From Thermoplasmata archaeon (GTDB lineage Archaea > Thermoplasmatota > Thermoplasmata > RBG-16-68-12 > JAJISG01), in the NCBI GenBank assembly GCA_046759185.1, contig JBHIBO010000006.1, positions 992 to 64,991 on the forward strand: a stretch of DNA of 64,000 bases, read 5' to 3'. The notes below the pieces were generated by a model. It searched no databases. It saw only the letters and a program-made list of their open reading frames with translations, and was not told the DNA's origin. Below, piece by piece: positions 1 through 7,563 of the stretch (positions are counted from its first letter, which is position 1; each line of letters begins with the position of its first letter). Made by a program: the position numbers and the translations under genes.

Positions 1-67
1 GCGAGGCGCTCGATGAGGGCCTTGCGGACACGGCGGTTGAACCGCAGCATGGTCAGGGGCTTCATGC
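1..67 (-). CDS. Partial CDS (N-terminus only, runs off the window start); hypothetical protein
   Basis: Reverse strand reads ATG AAG CCC CTG ACC ATG CTG CGG TTC AAC CGC CGT GTC CGC AAG GCC CTC ATC GAG CGC... (MKPLTMLRFNRRVRKALIERL) from an ATG at 67..65 to the edge. No stop within the window. Confidence 0.25.
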
Positions 68-168
68 GGGCGGCAGGTGGGAGGCCCCTATAGGGGTTGC
101 CACGTCGATATGGTTGTCCCAAACCCTCATATATTCAACTTCATTTGATTTTCTTCCAATCCATTGGA

Positions 169-1872
169 ATGGAGGGACCCATGCCGCGGAGAGGGCTGAT
201 TCTCGCACTTGTCGCACTCCTCTCCTTTGCGGCCCTGGCAGGAACGGCGCCCGGCCAGGACGAGACCGCCTCCGTCCAGGTGATGTTCAACTTCGGGGAC
301 GGCGTTGTCCACTGGGGGGAAGCGAGCCTTCAGGCCAACCGGACCGGGATGACAGCGACGGAGGTCGCCGCCGACGCCCTGGGCCTGTCTGTTGAGGTAA
401 TCCGGTCGGAATTTGGGGCCTTCGTGAGCGACATTGGGGATCACGATCCGGTCTTTCCCCAGTACTTCCATCTCCTGCTCTGGAACACCTCCTCGCGGGA
501 TTGGGAGCTTTCTCCCCTCGGCGCTTCCGACCTCGAGCTGGAGGAGGGGGACGTCCTTGGATGGTTCCTGTCCGCGGACGACCCCGCCTGGGACTTCGTG
601 AGTCCCTGGCCCGGACCGAAGCCCCTGGCGACGCCCACGCATCCCTTCCCCACGCTGGCCTTTCGAGGGGACCGCGCCAACAGTGGGGCCACGGAAAGCG
701 AGGTGGCCGTCTCACCAAGCCTGCGATGGCGTTTCGACGCAGGAGGGGCAGAGATCGGGGCAAGCCCCGTGGGGGCCCTGGGGAGGATCTACCAGGTGAC
801 GCTCTTCAACGGTACCTACGCCCTCGATCTGGAGACGGGGACACGCCTTTGGACGGCTGCGGTTTCCGGCCTCTCGACGCCCACCCTGACTTGGGAAGGC
901 GGAACCGCGGATCTCGTCGTCGGAGCGAAGGATGGTGCCCTCTACCGCCTCGATGGCTCAAGTGGAGCGGTCGTTTGGCGGACGCCCCTCCTGGCGGAAC
1001 CAGGGTTCACAGGGGTTGCTTCCTCCCCCAAGATTAGCGGGGGCCGGGCCCTCGTGGGAATCTTCAACGAATCCGGTGGGTCGGGTGGTCTCGTCTCTGT
1101 GGAGCTCGGAAACGGTTCGGTTCGGTGGCGCCATGCGAGCAGCTCCATTCACATGTCCTCCCCGGCCATCCGAGGAGGCTCGGTCTACGTGGGTCTCATG
1201 GGGTTCTTCAACGGCTCCTCCCTGACGTGGGACCCGCCCCATGGCCTCCTCAGCGTCCACGAGGCCAACGGAACGGAGCGATGGCTCTTCCCCACGTCAG
1301 GTCCCGTCGCGTCCTCACCGGTCGTGGCCGGAGACACCGTCTTCTTCACCACACGAGACGGCTACCTGTACGCTGTGAGTACGGAGGGAACCATGGTGTT
1401 CCGGACGCACATTGGGCCCAGCACCTCCTCCCCGGCCGTCGCATCGGGGATAGTCTATGCCGCCTCGGGGGTCCTGGGAACCGAGGGGAACGTAACAGCA
1501 TTCGACCTGCAGGGAAATCCACTCTGGACGTTCACGCCCAACGGCCCGGTTCAGAGTTCTCTGACTCTTGCAGGCGACCGCTTGATCTTCGCGACGAACA
1601 CCGAGACCGGTACCGTGTACGCGTTGGATGCACCCACCGGGGGCCTGGTGTGGACATACATCCCGGAGCCCCAGCAGCACATCCTCCCCACCCCCGCGGT
1701 CATTGACGGGCTGGTCATCGTCGCCTCGGACAGTGGGTCTGTCTACGCCCTCGGTCCGACCGGCCCTTCACTGGTGGCTCCCGGGACCTTGGCAGCCGCC
1801 ATCGTGCTGATCACGGGGGTCGTCTTGGCCGTCGTGATCATCCTCTACGCCCGGAGGCTGCGGGCCTCTTGA
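169..1872 (+). CDS. Secreted/membrane-anchored PQQ-like beta-propeller repeat protein
   Basis: Track ORF 97..1872; the likely start is the internal Met at 169 (MEGPMPRRGLILALVALLSFAALAG, a signal-peptide-like hydrophobic stretch). Repeated motifs (G.LYRLD.SGAVVWRTPL, DGYLYAV, TVYALDAPTGGLVWTY) are typical of PQQ/YVTN beta-propeller blades. A hydrophobic C-terminal segment plus RRLRAS looks like a membrane anchor. Confidence 0.7.
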   Translation: MEGPMPRRGLILALVALLSFAALAGTAPGQDETASVQVMFNFGDGVVHWGEASLQANRTGMTATEVAADALGLSVEVIRSEFGAFVSDIGDHDPVFPQYFHLLLWNTSSRDWELSPLGASDLELEEGDVLGWFLSADDPAWDFVSPWPGPKPLATPTHPFPTLAFRGDRANSGATESEVAVSPSLRWRFDAGGAEIGASPVGALGRIYQVTLFNGTYALDLETGTRLWTAAVSGLSTPTLTWEGGTADLVVGAKDGALYRLDGSSGAVVWRTPLLAEPGFTGVASSPKISGGRALVGIFNESGGSGGLVSVELGNGSVRWRHASSSIHMSSPAIRGGSVYVGLMGFFNGSSLTWDPPHGLLSVHEANGTERWLFPTSGPVASSPVVAGDTVFFTTRDGYLYAVSTEGTMVFRTHIGPSTSSPAVASGIVYAASGVLGTEGNVTAFDLQGNPLWTFTPNGPVQSSLTLAGDRLIFATNTETGTVYALDAPTGGLVWTYIPEPQQHILPTPAVIDGLVIVASDSGSVYALGPTGPSLVAPGTLAAAIVLITGVVLAVVIILYARRLRAS

Positions 1873-2303
1873 CATCGCGACTCGGCGATCCCAAGCTTGT
1901 CCTTCTGGTGGCCGTCGCCGTCGTCCTGTCCGTCGCCGGCCTCTACGCTGCCCTGCGCGCGCTGGCTCCTGCACCGGTCCCTCCAGCCACCGTGTCCGTC
2001 ACCCTTCAGATCGAGGCGGCCGATTGGAACCTTTCCTACGCGGCGACCACGACCAACAACACGGTCCTAGGTCTTCTCGTCGAGGCTTCGGCGGCGGAGG
2101 GGTTCCCCATCCAGTACCAATACTGGGAGGACCTGGGCGCCAGCAGGGTGGACGTAATCAACGGAATCCGAAACGGGGCGGGCGGCCTGTGGTGGCAGTA
2201 CTGGGTCAACGGGGCCTACGGACCGGTCGGGGCCGACAGGTATATTCTCGCCGACGGGGATGCCGTCCTTTGGCGGCACACGGTGTACCCACCGGAGACA
2301 TGA
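1869..2303 (+). CDS. DUF4430-like domain protein with an N-terminal membrane anchor
   Basis: The 144-aa ORF has a TTG start overlapping the upstream stop by 4 nt. It has an N-terminal TM helix and then a soluble domain with motifs recalled as DUF4430 (DLGASRVDVINGIRNGAGGLWWQYWVNGAYGPVGADRYILADGDAVLW). The family call is from memory. Confidence 0.55.
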   Translation: MTSRLGDPKLVLLVAVAVVLSVAGLYAALRALAPAPVPPATVSVTLQIEAADWNLSYAATTTNNTVLGLLVEASAAEGFPIQYQYWEDLGASRVDVINGIRNGAGGLWWQYWVNGAYGPVGADRYILADGDAVLWRHTVYPPET

Positions 2304-2304
2304 G

Positions 2305-2922
2305 ATGACGTGGACGTCGCCCTTCCGGATGACCCGGCAGAAAAACACCATCACGATGGCCTTCATTGCCATCGGCGTCGGACTCCGCCTCCTCCTGGCA
2401 GACTACCCGAACATCGAGCCCATCATGGCCTTATCGATTCTGGCCGGGTACTACCTGGGGGGCGTCTACATGATCCTCATACCGCTGAGCATCATGGGCT
2501 TCTCCGACTTCCTCATCTACGGCGCCCTGTACCAGGGTGAGTACGGCCTGTCGCAGATCCTGGGACTGAGCGCCTTCACGTGGACGGGCTTCGTGTTCGC
2601 CGCCCTGATCGGTCGGGCGGCCCGCGGGCGGGTTCTAACGGTGTTCGGGAGCGTGGCCCTGGTTACGGCGATTAGCATCCCAGCCACGATCGCCTACGAC
2701 CTCTGGACCACCCTGGGCGGGTGGTACTTCATCTACGGACCCCTCATGGGTTGGACCCTCTGGGACTCCCTGGTCAACCTGCTGCCCTTCGCCCTCCTCC
2801 ACCTCATCAGCAGCCTCCTGTTCGTCCCCCTCTTCGGGACGCTCTTTGGCCTGCTGCAGTCCAGCGAAGCCTTGGATCGACTGCGGGCCCCGGCCTCCCA
2901 GCCGGAAGAAACCTCGGAGTGA
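2305..2922 (+). CDS. Polytopic membrane protein, possible ECF-transporter S-component-like substrate-capture subunit
   Basis: The ATG at 2305 sits directly after the upstream stop (tgagATG). About 205 aa with five to six hydrophobic helices and no soluble domain. Size and topology fit an ECF S component, but the assignment is tentative. Confidence 0.5.
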   Translation: MTWTSPFRMTRQKNTITMAFIAIGVGLRLLLADYPNIEPIMALSILAGYYLGGVYMILIPLSIMGFSDFLIYGALYQGEYGLSQILGLSAFTWTGFVFAALIGRAARGRVLTVFGSVALVTAISIPATIAYDLWTTLGGWYFIYGPLMGWTLWDSLVNLLPFALLHLISSLLFVPLFGTLFGLLQSSEALDRLRAPASQPEETSE

Positions 2923-2964
2923 ATCTGCATCAATCAGGGTGGGGGTCGGGAGGCCCCCTCGGCG

Positions 2965-2972
2965 TTTTTAAG
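2965..2972 (+). promoter_or_regulatory. Archaeal TATA box (TTTTTAAG) about 25 nt upstream of the GH15 start codon, implying a leaderless mRNA
   Basis: AT-rich octamer in otherwise 65% GC DNA, at the canonical distance from the ATG at 2997. Confidence 0.45.
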
Positions 2973-2996
2973 GGGAACGTCATAAGTTCAGCGAGA

Positions 2997-4793
2997 ATGG
3001 CCTCGAAGAAGGACTACCTTTCCATCGGCGACTACGGCCTCATCGGCGACATGAACTCTGCCGCCCTTGTGTCCCGCCAGGGGAGCATCGATTGGTTGTG
3101 CTTCCCGCGGTTCGACTCGCCCAGTGTCTTCGCCCACATCCTGGATCCCAAGCAAGGAGGGCGGCTCGATGTCTCCGTTACCGGGGCGAGAACGGACCAG
3201 GCTTATGTCGAAGACACGAACGTCCTGCGAACCGTCTTCAAGGGACCAGAGGGAACCCTGGAGCTCGTCGATTTCATGCCCTGCTATCGGAAGGACTACG
3301 AGTACGAGGCCTATCACGAGGTCCACCGCCGCCTCCGCTGCTTGAAGGGGAAGGTCACCCTCAACGTGGTTTTTGATCCACGCTTTGGCTACAGCCAGGA
3401 AGAGACCCGCGTGGAGGTCCACGAGGAGGGGTGCCTGGCCGAGGGGGAGTTGACCTGGCTCGCCCTCGCCTCAGACATCCCGTTCCGGGAGGCAGATAGG
3501 GGGGCCACGGCGGAGGTGAGCCTTGAGGAAGGGGAGGAGCGTTGGCTCATCCTGCGGTGGAACGAGGACTTCCTCCGACCCCTTACGGAATTTCTCGCGG
3601 CCGAGAAGCTGGAGAAGACCGTCGATTATTGGAAGGGATGGACGGAGCGCTGCACGTACCGCGGACCTTTCAGGGACCTGGTCCGCCGATCCCTCCTCGC
3701 CTTGAAGCTCATGATCTACGAGCCCACAGGTGCCATCGTCGCCGCGCCCACGACGTCCCTCCCGGAGATTCCGGGGGGGCCGAAGAACTGGGATTATCGG
3801 TACTCCTGGCTCCGGGATGCCGCCTTCGCCCTTCGGGCCTTCCACAAGTGCGGGTACGATGAGGAGGAGCGGGGGTATCGACACTGGGTCATGCGACGGC
3901 TCCAGGGCCACACGTTGCACCCAGAAGAGCTTCAGATCATGTACGGTGTGGAAGGCGACCGGCGTCTCCTCGAACGGTCTCTGCCCCACCTCCGGGGCTA
4001 TCGCGGTGCCAAGCCCGTCCGTGTTGGTAACGCCGCCCACGACCAGCACCAGCTCGACATGTGCGGCGCCCTCATCGACGCCCTGTACCTCAGCTACCGA
4101 ACGGATGAGGACATGAACGACCACGTGTGGCGTACCATTGTCGAACTCGCGGAATTCGTGGCCGCCAAGTGGGAGGAACCTGACTTCGGCATCTGGGAAC
4201 TCCGGGGGGAGAAACGGCGGTACGTTTACTCCCAGGTCATGGCATGGGTAGCCCTCGATCGGGCGGCTCGCGTGGGACGAAGATGGGGTAACCCGCGGCG
4301 CGCAGATCGATGGGAGAAGATTGCGGAGGAGATTCGCGCGCACACCCTCGAGGCCGGGTTCGACAAGGAGCTGAACTCCTTTGTCCAATACGAGGGGGCG
4401 AAGGAGGTGGACGGCAGCCTCCTCCTCATGCCCATCGTCTACTTCATCGACGAGAGCGACCCACGATGGCAGGGTACGTTCGAGCGGATCCAGACCCAGC
4501 TCGCAGACGGGGCTCACATCTGGCGTTTCAAGGACGACGGCCCGCAGGAGGGGAGCTTCCTCATGCTAAGCTTCTGGCTCGCCGATGTCCTCATCCACGG
4601 CGGCCACCTGGAAGTGGGGAGGGACGCCCTGCAGCAGGTCACCGCTTACGCCAATCACCTCGGGCTCTTCGCCGAGATGTGGGACCCCGAAGCGAAGGAG
4701 TTCCTCGGGAACTTCCCTCAGGCCCTCACCCACATGGCCCTCATCAACGCGGCCCACAACCTATGGGACGCCGAAACCGGCACGGCCTCGTGA
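2997..4793 (+). CDS. Glycoside hydrolase family 15 (glucoamylase/trehalase-like)
   Basis: The real start is the internal Met (MASKKDYLSIGDYGLIGDMNSAALVSRQGSIDWLCFPRFDSPSVFA) within track ORF 2721..4793. The GH15 N-terminal beta-domain and (alpha/alpha)6 catalytic domain motifs (WDYRYSWLRDAAFAL, YSQVMAWVALDRAA) are present. Confidence 0.85.
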   Translation: MASKKDYLSIGDYGLIGDMNSAALVSRQGSIDWLCFPRFDSPSVFAHILDPKQGGRLDVSVTGARTDQAYVEDTNVLRTVFKGPEGTLELVDFMPCYRKDYEYEAYHEVHRRLRCLKGKVTLNVVFDPRFGYSQEETRVEVHEEGCLAEGELTWLALASDIPFREADRGATAEVSLEEGEERWLILRWNEDFLRPLTEFLAAEKLEKTVDYWKGWTERCTYRGPFRDLVRRSLLALKLMIYEPTGAIVAAPTTSLPEIPGGPKNWDYRYSWLRDAAFALRAFHKCGYDEEERGYRHWVMRRLQGHTLHPEELQIMYGVEGDRRLLERSLPHLRGYRGAKPVRVGNAAHDQHQLDMCGALIDALYLSYRTDEDMNDHVWRTIVELAEFVAAKWEEPDFGIWELRGEKRRYVYSQVMAWVALDRAARVGRRWGNPRRADRWEKIAEEIRAHTLEAGFDKELNSFVQYEGAKEVDGSLLLMPIVYFIDESDPRWQGTFERIQTQLADGAHIWRFKDDGPQEGSFLMLSFWLADVLIHGGHLEVGRDALQQVTAYANHLGLFAEMWDPEAKEFLGNFPQALTHMALINAAHNLWDAETGTAS

Positions 4794-4810
4794 GAGTCAC
4801 AGGGACCATC

Positions 4811-4819
4811 CTTTATACC
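4811..4819 (+). promoter_or_regulatory. TATA box (TTTATACCC) for tRNA-Leu
   Basis: About 24 nt upstream of the tRNA 5' end at 4841. Confidence 0.45.
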
Positions 4820-4840
4820 CACACGAAGCTTCGACCGCCC

Positions 4841-4977
4841 TGCGGGGGTAGCCAAGCCCGGTTAACGGCGCAGGACTTAAGATCGCAGGTCCCGAGGAGT
4901 TCCGATGAGACATCCTGTCTCGCAGGAGTTCGTGGGTTCAAAAGGCCCTCACGGGGCCGGAAACTCCCACCCCCCGC
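4841..4977 (+). tRNA. tRNA-Leu(TAA) containing two introns: a canonical 37/38 intron (about 4881..4910) and a 22-nt intron in the T-loop (about 4942..4963)
   Basis: Acceptor GCGGGGG (4841-4847) pairs with CCCCCGC (4970-4976) plus discriminator A. D-stem GCC/GGC with a long D-loop. Anticodon stem CAGGA/TCCTG (4870-4874 and 4912-4916), loop CTTAAG with anticodon TAA (4877-4879), interrupted after position 37 by 30 nt. A 14-nt variable arm is typical of Leu. T-stem GTGGG (4931-4935)/CCCAC (4965-4969) encloses 29 nt, which is TTCAAA + AGGCCCTCACGGGGCCGGAAAC (hairpin GGCCC/GGGCC) + T. The mature length would be 85 nt. Confidence 0.6.
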
Positions 4978-4978
4978 A

Positions 4979-5449
4979 TCACTCTGAGGGCTGCCGGGGA
5001 ACATCCACCTTCCCCCCGGAGGCTTTGACGCGCGCTTCCAGGTCACCCGACCGGAGACCGAAGACGAGGTCCCGGGCCAAGGCGCTGATCTCATCGCGGA
5101 CCTGGCGGTAGTGGGCGACCTCCAACCCCTTGTTGAGCACATTCTCGACCTTCCACGTGAAGTGAGTGCCCCGAAAGTGCTTCATCCGGTCCTCCTCGAT
5201 GTCGGCCTCAATCGTGACGAGGTAGTCCACGTCGATCATGTGCTCGGCGAGGAGGTACCTCGGGTGCTGCCAGTCGACCGCCAGGCCTACCTCAGCCAGG
5301 ACAGTCGTCGCCTGGGGACGTACGAACCCAGCCGGGACTAGACCCGCGCTGAAGAAGTCCATGGAGTCATCTGCGTAGTTCAGGGCAAAGGCCTCCGCCA
5401 TGGGGCCCCGGGCGGCATCATAGGGGGAGACGAAGAGGCCGAGGACCAT
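4979..5449 (-). CDS. Low-molecular-weight protein-tyrosine-phosphatase / ArsC-like family protein, possibly catalytically inactive
   Basis: A 156-aa ORF with LMW-PTP-like N-terminus MVLGLFVSPYDAARGPMAEAF. The P-loop position that normally carries the CX5R cysteine reads S-X5-R here. The family call is from memory. Confidence 0.55.
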   Translation of the reverse strand: MVLGLFVSPYDAARGPMAEAFALNYADDSMDFFSAGLVPAGFVRPQATTVLAEVGLAVDWQHPRYLLAEHMIDVDYLVTIEADIEEDRMKHFRGTHFTWKVENVLNKGLEVAHYRQVRDEISALARDLVFGLRSGDLEARVKASGGKVDVPRQPSE

Positions 5450-5522
5450 GGGCTCGCCGGGGGCGCTAGGAGGGGGGGCGCTTTAGGTCTTTCGACCTGG
5501 GCAAAGCGTGCTCGCGGGAGGA

Positions 5523-5840
5523 TCACCGAGGACGAAAGCGAAATCCCTCGCAGGTCGCCCCGTCCACCTCCCGGAGAGGCCCCCAGTCCGGGACGACTCG
5601 CGCGCCGATCTCGACCGGTTCCGTGACTTGTCCCAGAGCCCGCACACCGCCCTCGAACTCGACGATCGCGATGGGGATGGGAGGCGTGAGATCCGGGGGC
5701 GGAACGTGGAGTACGGTGTGCGTGAGCACCCGACCCTCCTTCAAGTCCGCTTCCTCGAACACAGTGCCCCGACATCGAGAGCACACGCGATGGGTCGGAA
5801 AGGTCAGGCGGCCGCACTCCACGCACTTCGCAACCTTCAT
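5523..5840 (-). CDS. DUF35 zinc-ribbon/OB-fold protein (the thiolase/HMG-CoA synthase partner protein)
   Basis: 105 aa with CxxC...CxxC (KCVECGRLTFPTHRVCSRCRG) and then an OB-like region. It overlaps the upstream thiolase gene by 4 nt, which is the typical archaeal arrangement. Confidence 0.8.
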   Translation of the reverse strand: MKVAKCVECGRLTFPTHRVCSRCRGTVFEEADLKEGRVLTHTVLHVPPPDLTPPIPIAIVEFEGGVRALGQVTEPVEIGARVVPDWGPLREVDGATCEGFRFRPR

Positions 5841-6991
5841 CCAGGTGCCTCCAAGACGGTTACCACGGAGTCATTCCCAAACCCGGCCACGTTGCAGGCT
5901 AGGCCCACCTGGGCCTGCACCTGGCGATCTCCAGCCTGGCCCAGGAGCTGGGCGCACACCTCCGCAATCTGCGCCACGCCCGTGGCCCCCAGAGGGTGCC
6001 CCTTGGCCTTGAGCCCCCCGCTCGTGTTCACGGGTCGCGAACCCGAGAGGCTTGTGACGCCTTCTTGGGCTGCTTTCCACCCTTGTCCGCGGGGGAACAG
6101 CCCCAGCTCCTCCGTCTGGACCACCTCGAGGATAGTGGCCATGTCGTGAACCTCTGCCACGTCGATGGCTTCAGGCCCGACGCCCGCCATCGCGTACGCT
6201 CGATGCGCAGCAAGACGCACCGCCTTCATGGCCGTGAGGTCTTCCCGTTCGTGGACGACCTGGGTGTCGGAGGCCCCCGCAATGCCCCGCACTCGTACGG
6301 GCCGATCGGCGCCCGGGCCCGCCCCTTCGGACGCTGAGAGGACGAGGGCCGCCGCCCCATCGGTGATCGGGCAGAAGTCGAAAAGGCGCAACGGATCGGC
6401 AATCAGGGGGGACTCTAAGACCCGCTCCATGCTCACCTCCTTCTGGAACTGCGCGTTCGGGTTCCGGGCCCCGTTGTAGTGATTCTTCACTGCGACGGAT
6501 GCCAGCGCCTCGCGGGGGGCGCCGTACTGATCAAGGTAGGCGCAGGCCATGAGCCCCGCATATCCAGGAAGTGTGATGCCTTGGGCCCACTCGACAGGAT
6601 GTGTCAAGCTGGCGATGATTTCCGTCGCACGCCCGGTCTCCACGGAGGTCATCCGCTCGCCCCCGGCGACAAGGACGCGCTCATAGAGGCCGGAGGCGAT
6701 GCCCGCCCAGCCCCACAGGAAGGCCGCCCCTCCGCTTCCGCTCGTGTTCTCGATCTTGGAAGAGAAGGCCGGTTCCAGGCCTAACTCCGACACGAGGGCA
6801 TTCGCGATGCCTGACTTGCCCTCAAACTCCCCGCTGCTCATGTTGCCCACGAAGACGGCGTCGACGCCTTCGGTCCCGCTGGCCTCCAGCGCGGGGAGGG
6901 ATGCCTCGGTAAGGAGGTCGACGACGGATCCCTCGTGCCTTCCGAAGGGGGTCAGGCCGTACGCGAGGACGACCACGTCGCGCATGCCCAA
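5837..6991 (-). CDS. Thiolase (acetyl-CoA C-acetyltransferase, archaeal type)
   Basis: 384 aa. MRDVVVLAYGLTPFGRHEGS plus thiolase-fold motifs and C-terminal active-site regions (GxGxG, NVxGG-like GGLKAKGHPLGATG). Confidence 0.85.
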   Translation of the reverse strand: MGMRDVVVLAYGLTPFGRHEGSVVDLLTEASLPALEASGTEGVDAVFVGNMSSGEFEGKSGIANALVSELGLEPAFSSKIENTSGSGGAAFLWGWAGIASGLYERVLVAGGERMTSVETGRATEIIASLTHPVEWAQGITLPGYAGLMACAYLDQYGAPREALASVAVKNHYNGARNPNAQFQKEVSMERVLESPLIADPLRLFDFCPITDGAAALVLSASEGAGPGADRPVRVRGIAGASDTQVVHEREDLTAMKAVRLAAHRAYAMAGVGPEAIDVAEVHDMATILEVVQTEELGLFPRGQGWKAAQEGVTSLSGSRPVNTSGGLKAKGHPLGATGVAQIAEVCAQLLGQAGDRQVQAQVGLACNVAGFGNDSVVTVLEAPG

Positions 6992-7135
6992 GGGTAGGGA
7001 AAGGGCCCTTTAGCCTTTGGCCTGCCCGCCCCCCGCAACTCATGGGCCTCCTTCACCGGGCAGGTGGCCATCGCTAATGCGGCGTTCACGCCGATGGTCC
7101 TCAAAGGCCCCTCCGGGTTGCGGTCTCCCGAAACG

Positions 7136-7143
7136 CCTTTAAG
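7136..7143 (+). promoter_or_regulatory. TATA box (CTTTAAGG) about 29 nt upstream of the Lsm ATG; leaderless
   Basis: It has the same core as the GH15 promoter (TTTAAGGGG). Confidence 0.5.
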
Positions 7144-7171
7144 GGGCTAGGTTTTCTTCCCAACTAGGCCC

Positions 7172-7387
7172 ATGATCAAGCCCTTGGAGATGCTCAACCA
7201 GAGCATGCGAAACGCCGTCCTCGTGGAGCTCAAAGCCGGTCGGGCTTTCCGAGGGACGCTGGAGGGATACGACCCCCACATGAACCTGGTCTTGCGCGAC
7301 GCGGAGGAGCTCGTGGATCGGGAGAGCGTTCGCAAGGTCGATCTGACCGTGGTCCGCGGCGACAACGTCGTCTACGTGTCTCCCTGA
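7172..7387 (+). CDS. Sm-like archaeal protein (LSm/SmAP)
   Basis: 71 aa: MIKPLEMLNQSMRNAVLVELKAGRAFRGTLEGYDPHMNLVLRDAEELVDRESVRKVDLTVVRGDNVVYVSP. Sm1/Sm2 motifs are present. It lies immediately upstream of rpl37e, as in most archaea. Confidence 0.9.
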   Translation: MIKPLEMLNQSMRNAVLVELKAGRAFRGTLEGYDPHMNLVLRDAEELVDRESVRKVDLTVVRGDNVVYVSP

Positions 7388-7395
7388 GGTGCGCC

Positions 7396-7563
7396 ATGTC
7401 CAAAGGCACTCCCTCCATGGGGAAGCGGTCCAAGGGCAAGAGCCACATCGTTTGCCGAAGGTGCGGGCGCCACTCATTTAGTATCTCGCGTAACCGATGC
7501 GCCCATTGCGGCTATCTCGGGACCGCAAAACGGCGGAAGTACAACTGGGCCAAGGTGCGGTAA
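7396..7563 (+). CDS. rpl37e: 50S ribosomal protein L37e (not in the ORF track; 55 aa)
   Basis: Hand translation gives MSKGTPSMGKRSKGKSHIVCRRCGRHSFSISRNRCAHCGYLGTAKRRKYNWAKVR*. The C4 zinc ribbon and basic tail are typical of L37e. It starts 9 nt after the Lsm stop. Confidence 0.9.
   Translation: MSKGTPSMGKRSKGKSHIVCRRCGRHSFSISRNRCAHCGYLGTAKRRKYNWAKVR

Noticed and set aside
97-168. First 24 codons of the beta-propeller ORF (MPRRYGCPKPSYIQLHLIFFQSIG)
   Set aside because: The signal-peptide-like sequence begins at the Met at 169. A TATA-like element at ~129 would place the TSS downstream of 97.
3471-4517. 348-aa ORF antisense to the GH15 gene
   Set aside because: It is a shadow ORF with no motifs. 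The plus-strand GH15 call is strong.
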